Below, in pieces: positions 22,877-34,625 of a DNA stretch of 64,000 nt; position 1 is the first letter of the stretch; every line of letters begins with the position of its first letter. The position numbers and the translations under genes were made by a program. The notes beneath the pieces are model-generated. The model searched no databases. It was not told where the DNA came from and worked only from the letters and a program-made list of their open reading frames with translations. Source of the stretch: an uncultured beta proteobacterium (GTDB lineage Bacteria > Pseudomonadota > Gammaproteobacteria > Burkholderiales > Casimicrobiaceae); NCBI GenBank assembly GCA_963708855.1, contig CAVPUM010000003.1, positions 50,407 to 114,406 of the forward strand, read 5' to 3'.

Positions 22877-24295
22877 TCACGCCGGCGGGGCCGTCCGCTC
22901 CCGCGCGGGAGCGCTGCCCGGTTCGCCCAGGTCCCAGAAGAGGCCCGTCATGATTCCGAGACCCTCGCGCGCGACGCGGGCCAGGAGGTGCTCGTCGGGC
23001 GCGTGCTGCGAGCACGCCGGATAGGAGTGCGGCACCCAGATCGTCGGCAAGCCAAGCACGTCGGCGAAGCAGTCGTTGGGCAGCGAACCGCCGAGGTTCG
23101 GCAGGATCGCGGGACGCGCGCCCGTGGTGGCCGCGATCGACGCCGACGCCCAGTGCACCCACGGGTGGTCCGGATCGAGGCGCGTGGCCGTCATCGGCAC
23201 GGCATCTGCCTGCCGCACCTGGACTTTGGCGAAGCCAAGGAGGTCGAGATGCGTGCGCAGGGCGGGGACGAAGGTGCGCCAGTCGCAGCCCGCGACGAAA
23301 CGCAGCTGCAGATGCGCGTGAGCGCGCGGCGGAATCGCATTGACGGGTCGGTCGGGGTTGCCGGTGCGAAACGCGAGCACCTCGAGCGCGTTCCAGCCGA
23401 AGACGCGCTCGGCGGGCGTCAAGCCCGGCTCGCCCCAGTTGGCGTCGATCGCGGGCCCGTCCGGCTCGCCGGGCTCGATGTCCTCGAGCGCATGGCGCAC
23501 CGACGGCGGGATCGGCGGCGCGCGCAGCCCGGCGACGAGAATCCGGCCGCGCGCATCGATCATCGACGCGATGGCGTTGGCCAGCACGACCCCGGGATTG
23601 GCGAGCAGCCCGCCCCAGTTTCCCGAGTGATGCGCACCCTCGCGCAGATCGACGACGAGATCGAAATTGAACGCGCCGCGCGACCCGAGGAAGAGCGTCG
23701 GCCGGTCGGAGCGAAGGCGGGGGCCATCGGAGGCGATCAGGACATCGGCGCGCAGCGATTCGGCACGCGCCTCGCACGACCTGCGCAGTCCCGGCGAACC
23801 GACCTCCTCGCCCATCTCGAGCAACAGCTTCGCGTTGAAGCCGAGCCGCCCGCGCGCGGCCAGCACCTGCCCGAGCGCCGCGAGGTTGATCGTGTGCTGT
23901 CCCTTGTTGTCGGCGGTGCCGCGGCCGTACCAGCGGCCGTCGGTGTCGGTGACGTCCCACGGCGAGCGGCCGGCGGTCCACTGGCTGTCGTGGCCCGCGA
24001 CGACGTCTCCGTGGCCGTAGATCAGAACCGTGGGCAGCGCGGGGTCCTCGGCACGCTCCGCGAACAGCATCGGCGGCGCACCGGCAACAGGGTTGTCCCA
24101 GAGCGTCCGCCGGAAGCCCATCCGTTCCACCGCGGGACCGATTTCCTCAATCAAGTATCGCGCGAGTTCCGCGGCGCGTTGCGGATTCTGACTCTCCGTG
24201 CGGATGCCCACGCGCCGCCGCAAGTCGGCGAGCAGCGCACCGGCATCGAACCAGGCGGCTGCGGCCGCGATCGCCGCATTGCGTGACTCGGACAC
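22877..24295 (-). CDS. M20 family metallopeptidase (ArgE/DapE/CPG2-like)
   Basis: Intact 472 aa. IYGHGDVV, GRGTADNKG, EMGEEVGS. Confidence 0.8.
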   Translation of the reverse strand: MSESRNAAIAAAAAWFDAGALLADLRRRVGIRTESQNPQRAAELARYLIEEIGPAVERMGFRRTLWDNPVAGAPPMLFAERAEDPALPTVLIYGHGDVVAGHDSQWTAGRSPWDVTDTDGRWYGRGTADNKGQHTINLAALGQVLAARGRLGFNAKLLLEMGEEVGSPGLRRSCEARAESLRADVLIASDGPRLRSDRPTLFLGSRGAFNFDLVVDLREGAHHSGNWGGLLANPGVVLANAIASMIDARGRILVAGLRAPPIPPSVRHALEDIEPGEPDGPAIDANWGEPGLTPAERVFGWNALEVLAFRTGNPDRPVNAIPPRAHAHLQLRFVAGCDWRTFVPALRTHLDLLGFAKVQVRQADAVPMTATRLDPDHPWVHWASASIAATTGARPAILPNLGGSLPNDCFADVLGLPTIWVPHSYPACSQHAPDEHLLARVAREGLGIMTGLFWDLGEPGSAPARERTAPPA

Positions 24296-24310
24296 GACCG
24301 GGCGGCGCGC

Positions 24311-24988
24311 CTACGCGTCGTCCATGGCGTAGGGCAGCGCGGCTTCGCCGTCGAGCACCAGCACGACGCGGGCGACTGCGGCCATCACCGCTTCGACCGT
24401 TGCCAAATGCTCGACGCCATCGACATGTGGCGCTCCCTCGAGGCCGAACACGCGCTTTCCGAACTGCATGCCGAACGCGACTTCGGACAGCGTGCCGTGG
24501 CTCCCGCCGACCGCGACGAGGCACAACGAGCCGCGCGCGATGATCGCGTTGCGCGCCAATCCGACGCCGGTCGGAATCGGGACCGTGACGAACGGATTGC
24601 CGTCCGCGATCGATTCGCCCGGCAGCAGGCCAATGCTGACGCCGCCCTGCGCGGCCACACCCTCGCACACCGCCAGCATCACGCCGCGCCGGCCGCCGCA
24701 GAGCACCGTGAGGCCGATCTTCGCGAGATCGTTGCCCAGGAGGCGTGCCGCGGCAAGCTGCGCGTGCGTCGCGTGATGGCCGCCGATCACGCCGATCGGC
24801 TGCCGCGACGGCGTGCCGCTTTCCTTCTGCAGCCAGTGCACCGCGGCGACGGGATCGATCGCATTGCCCGCGAGCGGCTGCGTTGCCGTGTGCCACGCCC
24901 GGGTATCGCCGTCGAACGCGAGGCCGGCACCATCGTGCAGGCGACCGCGATCACGGTCGAGGTAGAGCGTCGGCGCGGGTGTGGGCAT
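24311..24988 (-). CDS. TIGR00725/LOG-like (SLOG) Rossmann protein with N-terminal extension
   Basis: IGVIGG, LTVLCGGRRGVMLAVCEG, GGVSIGLLP, TGVGLARNAII, VAVGGSHGTLSEV. Start uncertain (ATG 24988 or 25027). Confidence 0.65.
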   Translation of the reverse strand: MPTPAPTLYLDRDRGRLHDGAGLAFDGDTRAWHTATQPLAGNAIDPVAAVHWLQKESGTPSRQPIGVIGGHHATHAQLAAARLLGNDLAKIGLTVLCGGRRGVMLAVCEGVAAQGGVSIGLLPGESIADGNPFVTVPIPTGVGLARNAIIARGSLCLVAVGGSHGTLSEVAFGMQFGKRVFGLEGAPHVDGVEHLATVEAVMAAVARVVLVLDGEAALPYAMDDA

Positions 24989-25149
24989 GGCGGGGAATCC
25001 GGGGGGCAATGACGGGATCGCCGCCATCTTATCGGATCGGCGCCGGCCCAACGATGTCGCGCAGTGGACCGGCCGGATTGGCGGAGGTCTCCGCCCGGCC
25101 CGCGTCGGCGCGACAGTCATTGGACGGGCGCGATGCTTTGGCGTAACGT

Positions 25150-27175
<2,026 letters not shown>

Positions 27176-27246
27176 TGAGCATCGTCGAACGGCGCCACGC
27201 GACGATTTACGGTCGACCGGGAGCCCCGTCGTACCTGTCTCGCATC

Positions 27247-28094
27247 ATGGATGCTTTCCTTCTGACCAACGAGGTGCCGGTTCGGCTCGGCGTCTTCCTC
27301 GGCCTCTTCGCGACGATGGCCGTGTGGGAGCTCGCGGCGCCCCGGCGCGCCCTGCAGCGAGCGCAAGGCTCTGCGCTGGACGAACAACCTCGCGCTCACC
27401 GTCCTGAACAGCGTTCTGGTGCGGGCGATCCTGCCGTTGGCGGCGATCGGCGTCGCCGGATTCGCCGCCGAGCGCGGCATGGGCGTGCTCAACGTCTTCA
27501 CCCTGCCCTATGCCTGGGCCATCGTGGTCTCGGTGCTGGCGCTCGACGCTCGCCATCTATCTGCAGCACCTGATGTTCCATGCGGTGCCGCTGTTCTGGC
27601 GCCTGCACCGCGTCCACCATGCGGACCTCGACTTCGACGTGACCACGGGCGCCCGCTTTCATCCCATCGAGATCCTGCTGTCGATGCTGATCAAGTTCGC
27701 CGTGATTCTCGTGCTGGGCCCGCCGGCCGTGGCGGTGCTGATCTTCGAGATCCTGCTCAACGCGACGTCGATGTTCAACCACGGCAACGTTCGCCTGCCG
27801 GCGCGCATCGACCGGGTACTGCGCTGGCTGGTGGTCACGCCGGACATGCACCGCGTCCACCATTCGATCGATCCCCGCGAGACGAACAGCAACTTCGGGT
27901 TCAACGTGCCGTGGTGGGACCGCCTGTTCGGCACCTACCGGGCGCAGCCCCAGGCCGGCCACGAGGCGATGACGATCGGCATCGAGCAGTTCCGTGAGCG
28001 GCGGGAGCTGTGGCTCGACCGGATGCTGCTGCAACCGTTTCGCCCTGACAGCGGCACCTACCCGATCGGGCGGCCGCGTGAGCGCGACGGCTGA
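27247..28094 (+). pseudogene. fatty acid hydroxylase/sterol desaturase superfamily membrane protein, frame-disrupted (2 breaks)
   Basis: Histidine boxes (LQHLMFH, HRVHHAD, MHRVHHS). The N-terminal two segments lie in other frames. Confidence 0.7.
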
Positions 28095-28206
28095 CATCGA
28101 TGGAAAGCGGCGCGGTGAATGCCCTGTTCCCGTAGCGGCTGCGAAATCGGCGACAATACTCGCCTGTGACAGCCGTTCCGCGCACCTGTCTGCACGTCTT
28201 CCCATC

Positions 28207-29211
28207 ATGACCCCGCCCACGCTCAAGCTGCCGCCGCGCAGTGCTCCCGCGGGACCCGCGAAGCCGCCGACGTCGCGTCAACGCCGTGCGCAGCACGGCC
28301 GTGCGCCGACCGTCGCGCTGGCGCCGGGGCACACGCTCGCCCCACCTCCCGCGCCGCCGGATGCGCCCCCACGGCGCGCCAAGCCGGCCATTCCGCCGCG
28401 GGCGCAGACCGATCCCCCGCCGCGCGCGAAGAGCGATGCCCAGCCAAGCCCGACCCGCGCTTCCACGACGCCGCTCGTCGCCGAAAATCCGCGACTGTCC
28501 AAGCGCATGAGCGAGCTCGGCCTCTGCTCACGACGCGAAGCGGACGAGTGGATCGAGAACGGCTGGGTCAAGGTCGATGGCGCGGTGACGAGCACGCTGG
28601 GCACGCGCGTCGCGCCCGAGGCGGTGATCGAGATCGACGCCGCTGCGCGCAGGCATCAGAGCGAGCAGGTCACGATCCTCCTCCACAAGCCGATCGGCTA
28701 CGTTTCGGGCCAGGCCGAGGACGGCTACCAGCCGGCGAGCGTGCTGATCCGTCCGGAGAACCGCTGGCCCGAAGACCGGGCGCCGCACACGTTCAAGCCC
28801 AGTCACCTGCGCGGATTGGCGCCCGCCGGCCGGCTCGACATCGACTCCACCGGACTCATCGTGTTCACGCAGGACGGCCGCGTCGCACGGCGGCTCATCG
28901 GCCGCGACTCCGAAGTGGAGAAGGAATACCTGGTGCGCGTCGAGGGCACGCTGTCGGCGGCTGGAATGAAGCAACTGCAGCACGGTCTCGAGCTCGACGG
29001 CGTGAAGCTGAAGCCGGCGCGGGTGTCGTGGCAGAACGAGCATCAGCTGCGGTTCGTGCTGCGCGAAGGCAGGAAGCGCCAGATCCGCCGCATGTGCGAG
29101 CTGGTCGGTCTCGTGGTGACGGGCCTGAAGCGTGTGCGCACCGGCAGCGTCGTGCTCGGAAAGCTGCCGGTCGGACGTTGGCGTTATCTGCGCGCCGACG
29201 AGACGTTCTGA
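28207..29211 (+). CDS. RsuA/RluB/RluF-family pseudouridine synthase with Pro/Ala-rich N-terminal extension
   Basis: S4 domain [21 protein letters not shown], catalytic [21 protein letters not shown]. About 95 low-complexity residues precede the S4 domain. Confidence 0.8.
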   Translation: MTPPTLKLPPRSAPAGPAKPPTSRQRRAQHGRAPTVALAPGHTLAPPPAPPDAPPRRAKPAIPPRAQTDPPPRAKSDAQPSPTRASTTPLVAENPRLSKRMSELGLCSRREADEWIENGWVKVDGAVTSTLGTRVAPEAVIEIDAAARRHQSEQVTILLHKPIGYVSGQAEDGYQPASVLIRPENRWPEDRAPHTFKPSHLRGLAPAGRLDIDSTGLIVFTQDGRVARRLIGRDSEVEKEYLVRVEGTLSAAGMKQLQHGLELDGVKLKPARVSWQNEHQLRFVLREGRKRQIRRMCELVGLVVTGLKRVRTGSVVLGKLPVGRWRYLRADETF

Positions 29212-29307
29212 CCGGACGCAGGCGCAGGGGATATCCGATCGATCGATCCGGCCGCAGCGATTCCGCGATCACGGGATCGTTGGCGGCGGCTGCTGGAGGT
29301 AGCGAAA

Positions 29308-29661
29308 ATGGCCGACAGTCTTGCCGAACTGCAGGACGCTCTCGACACGTTCATCGAGGAGCGCAACTGGGCGCAGTTCCACGCGCCGAAGAATCTGGCG
29401 ATGGGCGTGGCCATCGAGGCGGCGGAGATCATGGAGCATTTCCTGTGGTGCACCGGCGACGAGTCGTATTCGCTGCCGAAGGAAAAACGCGCCGAGGTCG
29501 CCAACGAGATCGGCGACGTGCTGATGTACCTGCTGGGCCTCGGCCGCACGCTGGACATCGACATCATCGCGGCCGCGCGGGACAAGCTCGTGCTCAATCG
29601 CGAAAAGTACCCGATCGAGAAGGCGAAGGGGCGCGCGACGAAGTACGTCGATCTCGACTGA
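29308..29661 (+). CDS. MazG-like nucleotide pyrophosphohydrolase (small single-domain type)
   Basis: 117 aa. AIEAAEIMEHF and EIGDVLMYLL acidic helices typical of the MazG/dCTPase-like family. Confidence 0.75.
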   Translation: MADSLAELQDALDTFIEERNWAQFHAPKNLAMGVAIEAAEIMEHFLWCTGDESYSLPKEKRAEVANEIGDVLMYLLGLGRTLDIDIIAAARDKLVLNREKYPIEKAKGRATKYVDLD

Positions 29662-29827
29662 CCGCGCATCGTCCCGGCTGGACCGTGCGCCGCCAAATTC
29701 GCCCGCCGGCTTGCAAAGGGACGATCCAGGTCAAAGTTCCGGTCGGCTTTCGCATGTCAGAATCGCGCCGGTCGGATGGGGTCGAACCACATTCCACGCA
29801 ACCGCACACAAACGAGAGAGGCAGGCA

Positions 29828-30298
29828 ATGAAGGTATTGGTGGCAGTTCTGATGGCGTTACTGGCCGGCATCGGCTGGGCAGCGGACAACGCGCCCTCCC
29901 CGCATTCCGCAGCCCCGAAGGTCGACGTTGGCCAGATGCACGCGGGCATCGCCAGGGCGGCAGTCGTCGGCGACGTGAAAGTGCCCAAGGCGACGGGTCC
30001 GGATGCGCGGACCGTCGCTGAAATCATCGAGAAAAAGGCGGCGCTCAACAGCAAGCCCGTCCTCGTTCGCGGCAAAGTCGTCAAGTACACGCCCGGCGTG
30101 ATGGGAAAGAACTGGATCCATCTGCAGGACGGTTCGGGTTCGGCGGCGGACAGCACGAACGACGTGCTGGTCACGACCAAGGACGAGACGAAGATCGGCG
30201 CTGTCGTGGTGGCCCGGGGAACCGTGCGCACCGACGTGGATCTCGGGTCGGGCTATTTCTACAAGGTGCTGGTCGACGAGGCCAAGCTGCAGCAATAG
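29828..30298 (+). CDS. secreted hypothetical protein, possible OB-fold
   Basis: Signal peptide MKVLVAVLMALLAGIGWA. KPVLVRGKVVKYTPGVMGKNWIHLQDGSG and GAVVVARGTV strand pattern. No confident family. Confidence 0.5.
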   Translation: MKVLVAVLMALLAGIGWAADNAPSPHSAAPKVDVGQMHAGIARAAVVGDVKVPKATGPDARTVAEIIEKKAALNSKPVLVRGKVVKYTPGVMGKNWIHLQDGSGSAADSTNDVLVTTKDETKIGAVVVARGTVRTDVDLGSGYFYKVLVDEAKLQQ

Positions 30299-30358
30299 CG
30301 GGAGTACGCACCGCGGCGGCGCTGGCTCCGGGGCAAGGGGCGCCGATGCGCAACGCCG

Positions 30359-31027
30359 TCAGGCGCGCCCGGTGGGCGGTGATTCCCCCAAAATCCGCAG
30401 TGCGGCGTGGGCCGCGCCGAAGCCGTTGTCGATGTTGACGACGGCGAGTCCCGACGCGCAGCTCGCGAGCGCGGCGTGCAGCGCCGTGCGGCCGCCCTCG
30501 GCGACGCCGTAGCCGACCGAGGTCGGCACCGCGATCACCGCGCACGGCACAAGGCCCGCCAGCACGCTGAACAGCGCGCCCTCCATGCCCGCCACGGCGA
30601 TCACCACGCGATGCCGGCGGATGGCGTCGAGGTGATCCATGAGCCGCCACAATCCCGCGACGCCCACGTCGGCGAGGAGCGTCGCCACTTCTCCCTCGAA
30701 CGTGAGCGTGCGGGCCGCTTCGCGCGCGACGGGCAGGTCCGACGTGCCGCCGCACACGATCGCGACCCGGCCGCTGGCGCGCGGCGCCGGCAGTGCGCCG
30801 AGGATCGCGGTGCGCGTGACCGAATCGTAGTCGAGCGCGTTTCGCATCGGCGCCGAGAGGCGGCTGAACTTGCGCGGTCCGAGGCGGGTGAGCAGCAGCC
30901 GCTGCCCCAGCTCGACGGCATGCGCGAGGATCGCGTCGATCTGCGCCGCGGACTTCGGGTCGCACAGCACCGCTTCGCTCGTCCCGGTGCGCCCGGCACG
31001 CTGCCAGTCGACCCGGAAATCAGTCAT
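30359..31027 (-). CDS. larB: nickel-pincer cofactor biosynthesis protein LarB (PurE-like carboxylase/hydrolase)
   Basis: VAIVCGGTSDLPVA, VIAVAGMEGAL, PTSVGYG. ATG 31027 overlaps the larE end by 8 nt. Confidence 0.85.
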   Translation of the reverse strand: MTDFRVDWQRAGRTGTSEAVLCDPKSAAQIDAILAHAVELGQRLLLTRLGPRKFSRLSAPMRNALDYDSVTRTAILGALPAPRASGRVAIVCGGTSDLPVAREAARTLTFEGEVATLLADVGVAGLWRLMDHLDAIRRHRVVIAVAGMEGALFSVLAGLVPCAVIAVPTSVGYGVAEGGRTALHAALASCASGLAVVNIDNGFGAAHAALRILGESPPTGRA

Positions 31028-31835
31028 CGGCGAGCCGACGCAGGAACGCCGCACCCCGCGCGTAGGGGCGCACGCCGGCGAACACGCGACCGTCCCGGCG
31101 GCAGGCATCGGCGCCGATGTTGCGGGCGATCGCGCCCGCCGCGGCGTCGCGCGCCACCGCGAGCTCGATCACGATGCCCGCCTGCGTCACCCGACAGCGC
31201 AACACCGCCTCGCGTCCAAGGCGTGCCGCGAGACTGCTCTCCACGGTATCGATAAAGGCGAGGTCTTCCGGCGCGATGGCGATCCCCGTTTCGACGCGAC
31301 TCGCGAGGCACGGTTGCGCGGGCAGCCGCTCGAGATCCGGCAGCCCGAGGCTCGCGGCAAGCGCGTAGACGGCTGCCTTGTCGATGCCCGCCTCGACATA
31401 CGGATGCACGACGCCGTGTTCGGCCGCGGCGCGCAACCCTGGCCGGAAATCGTCGAGATCGTCGCGGTTGGTGCCGGAAGCGATCGGGTCGGGTGTCGCT
31501 TCGCGGATTCGCGCATACAGGTTCGACTTGCAGTAGTAGCAGCGATCGACGGGATTCGCCCGATAGCGCGCATCGGCCTGCTCGCCGGCGTCGAGCAGCA
31601 CCAATGGCCATCCGTGCCGCGCCGCGTGCGACTCCACCCGTCCGCGTGCCGCCGCCGGCACCGCCGGCCCGGTCGCGTGGTACATCGTGGCCCGCGTGCG
31701 CGAAAGTCGCCACGCGACGTGCGCGAGCGTCATCGAGTCCACGCCACCGGAAACGGCGAGCGCGAGCCGCTCGTGGCGGTCCAGGCGTGCCACGAGCCGC
31801 GCGAGCACCTCGCTGGCGGGAAGCGATGCGTTCAT
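31020..31835 (-). CDS. larE: ATP-dependent sacrificial sulfur transferase LarE (PP-loop)
   Basis: PP-loop AVSGGVDS, NPVDRCYYCK, GTNRDDLDDFRPG. ATG 31835. Confidence 0.85.
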   Translation of the reverse strand: MNASLPASEVLARLVARLDRHERLALAVSGGVDSMTLAHVAWRLSRTRATMYHATGPAVPAAARGRVESHAARHGWPLVLLDAGEQADARYRANPVDRCYYCKSNLYARIREATPDPIASGTNRDDLDDFRPGLRAAAEHGVVHPYVEAGIDKAAVYALAASLGLPDLERLPAQPCLASRVETGIAIAPEDLAFIDTVESSLAARLGREAVLRCRVTQAGIVIELAVARDAAAGAIARNIGADACRRDGRVFAGVRPYARGAAFLRRLADD

Positions 31836-31844
31836 GAGGCCTCC

Positions 31845-31975
31845 CGCCGGGCCGCCCCAAGGGAGGGCTTGCTCCCCATCGGGGGGCAGCGAACACCAGG
31901 CCGAAGGCCGCAGGACAGCCGAAGGCTGGTCCCGCGAAGCGGGATGCGGCTTTGCCGCACAAAGTGAGCGTGGGG
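31845..31975. repeat. GC-rich hairpin array (REP-like) in the larC-larE spacer
   Basis: 18-nt head CGCCGGGCCGCCCCAAGG, then five consecutive short stem-loops: GGGAG/CTCCC, GGCC-GAA-GGCC, CAGCC-GAA-GGCTG, TCCCGC-GAA-GCGGGA, TGCGGC-TTT-GCCGCA. Confidence 0.7.
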
Positions 31976-31977
31976 GC

Positions 31978-33277
31978 TCATTTGTCCGTGCCTTCGAGCG
32001 CCCGCGCCGCGACGGCGGCACGCTTGCGCCGGCGCGCGCCGAGCCCGGGTGTCGCGACGACATCGTCCTGCGCCGCCTTCGCGGAGCGCTCGCCCCCGGG
32101 TCGCAGGGCGACCTTCGCGCTCATCGAGGCGCCGTCGACCATCGCCGTGACCTCGGTTCGGCGCAGCACGCGGCGGCGCTCCTCGCGCCAGCGCAGCCCC
32201 AGCGTCGATGTTTCGGTGAAGCAGGCCCGCGCGATCGCATCGGCCGCATGCGGTTGCACCAGCAAGCGGAAATCGGCGAGCGGCCGTCCCTTCTTGCCCT
32301 GCCGCGTGCCCACCGACACGTCGACGACGCCGGGCTCCCCGCGCAGGCGGTCCGCGGCCACGGCGATCTCCTCGCCCGTCATGTCGTCGACGTCGAACTC
32401 CAGCACCGCCACCGACGTCGGCGTCGGCGTCGGAAGCAGAGCCGCGCTCCAGCACCAGCGCGCGCAGGATGTTCGGCAACCCCGGCAGCGTGCGCGTGCC
32501 CGCGCCACAGCCCACATGCAGGAGGCGGCCCGCGTCGCGTCGCGTGCCGCACTGTGCCGCAGGCACCAGATGCCGAAGGATCGCGGCGCCCGTCGGCGTC
32601 ACCCGCTCGCCGGCGATGCCGTCGTCGTGCCATGGATAGCCGGTCAACAGCATGCTCGTGGCAGGGGTCGGCACGGGCAACAGCCCATGCGCAGTGCGCA
32701 CCGTGCCGCCGCCCAGCGGAAGCGCCGACGCGGTCCAGCGCGCGCCGTCGAGCTGCGCCGCGATGCATCCGGCCGCGACCACGTCCAGCAGCGAATCCCA
32801 ATCCGCGAGCTCGTGGAAGTGCACTTCGTCGACGGGGATACCGTGCACATGAGCCTCGGCGTCGGCGAGGAGCGCCAGCAGCGCCAATGCGTGCGTGCGC
32901 GTCGCCGCGCTCAGCGGCGCGGCGACCAGTCTGCCGCGCAGCGCTGTGTACGCAGTGCCTGCATGCTCGTGCGCCATCCCCCCGTGCACGCCGATCTCAC
33001 TGCGTCGCCGATAAACGCCCGCGTCAGGCGCGCTCGACAGACCGAAGCGCCTGGCGCGCAAGCCGCCATTCGACGCTTCGACGAACTCCGGCGCCCGCTC
33101 GTCGGCGGATCGCACCGCGGCCAGTTCGGCCAGCACGGGCGCTTCGAGTCCGGGCAGCGCATCGACCATCGCCGCGACGAACATGTCGCCGGCCAGTCCG
33201 CCGACGAGATCGAGGTGAATCGCGAGCGATGCGGGCGGGAGCGCCACGGTTCCGTCAGCCGACGACGGGCACGACAT
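31978..33277 (-). pseudogene. larC: nickel insertion protein LarC, N- and C-terminal domains in different frames
   Basis: N-terminal IHLDLVGGLAGDMFVAAMVDA...PNILRALVLE in one frame. LLPTPTPTSVAVLEFDVDDMTGEE...TSTLGLRWRE in the +1 frame. Start is ATG 33277 or GTG 33247. Confidence 0.8.
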
Positions 33278-34557
33278 ACGGCCCTTCGGGCACGACCGCG
33301 ATCGCTGCATCGGCCGCGCGCGCGACCGCCGTGGCGAGTGCGGCATCGATCGAGGCGATCGATTCGACGCCCGTGAGGCTGCGCTCTTCGTCGTCGAGGC
33401 CGGTCGTGTAGAGCTGCACGTGCCCCGCTCGCATCGACTTCAGCTGCATCTCGGTCTGCCATTCGTCGACGTCGGCGAGGCTCTTGGCGAGCAGCGTTTG
33501 CAGGAACGCGTCCGGGCCGAGCGAGCGCAGCCGCCCCTGCGCCGCCCGGAACTCGGGCGAGCCGAAGCCCTCGGAGCAGGCCGAGGCGACGATCAGCGTC
33601 CCGCCCGGCTCCAGGATGTCGAGCGGGGTCACCATGCCCTTCACGGTCTGGTAGTAGGTCTTGTCGAGGGGATGCCCGGCGGCAGAGGTCACGATGGTCG
33701 AAAAGCGCCGGCCCACCGGCACCCGCGTGCTCTCGGCGACGAAGGCGACCGCGGCGAGATGGCTGGCGATGACCTCGCCGAAATTGACGTGAACGAGATC
33801 GCGGTCCTCGTCGATCACCGTGTTGACGGCATAGACCTCGCCCAGCATGCGCACGATCTCGAGCTGCTCCTCGTGCAGCGGATTGCCGCTGAGGTTGCAC
33901 TGGATCGCCGCCGGGTCCTCCATGAAGCGCGCGCTGTGAAACGTGCGAATGGTGTCCTCGTGCGCGACACCCGGCGCGATGACCTTCCTCCCGCCCGAGT
34001 AGCCGGCCATGAAATGCGGCTCGACGAGACCGGTGGCGATGCGCAGGTCCGCCTCGACGAAGCGGCGGTCGAGCTTCACCGGCGTGCGGCGCCCGGAGGT
34101 CACGCCGAAATCGACGTGCGCCGCGGCGTCCCGCGCGAAATGATTCTCGACCTTCACCGTGGCGAGAACCCAGGGGTCGCCGACGACTTCCGCGAGCTCC
34201 GCACCCTCGTTGGGCCGATGCAGGCCGGTCGCGACCAGCACGGTGATGCCGTCGCGGGGCATGCCCGCCGCCAGCATGCCCTCGATCAGCGGCCGCAGGA
34301 ACAGGTGATTCGGGACCGGCCGCGTGATGTCGCAGATCAGGATGCAGGCACTCCTGCGCTCACGTACCAGCGTCGCCGTACGCAGCCGCGCCGATGGGGC
34401 GCGCCAGCGCATCGCGCACGGCCGCCCGCGGATCGGGCAGTTTCGCCAGCGGCCGCTTGCCGATCACGGTCGCCCGCGCACCGCGCGGCAGCCGGATCTC
34501 CAACCCGGACTTGCCGTACAGGATGTCGACGGTTTCCCGCGCGTGAGTCTCGCTCAT
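33255..34557 (-). pseudogene. larA: LarA-family nickel-pincer-dependent 2-hydroxyacid racemase/epimerase, one frame break near 34390
   Basis: MSETHARETVDILYGKSGLEIRLP (ATG 34557), then ICDITRPVPN, VATGLHRPN, EPHFMAGYSGGRK. 434 aa when joined. Confidence 0.85.
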
Positions 34558-34625
34558 CGATCCCTCGCCTGGCCGTGAAAATGCTAGCGTACCGCTTTGC
34601 CGCCGCAGAAGGTAGCATAGCCACA

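Noticed and set aside
29308-29661. MazG-like gene as part of a toxin-antitoxin or defence module
   Set aside because: This is the small housekeeping-type MazG/dCTPase-like family. There is no mazEF, no adjacent small antitoxin-like ORF, and the neighbours are unrelated (a pseudouridine synthase and a secreted protein).
29760-29800. tRNA-like GGGGTCGAACC motif upstream of the OB-fold gene
   Set aside because: It resembles a T-arm only over ~11 nt. No acceptor, D or anticodon arms can be drawn around it.
33420-34625. N-terminal 400 codons of the 817-aa ORF 33420-35873
   Set aside because: This stretch is antisense to larA and has a low-complexity Arg/Asp/His-rich composition. The recognisable LarA-homologue sequence starts at ATG 34626.
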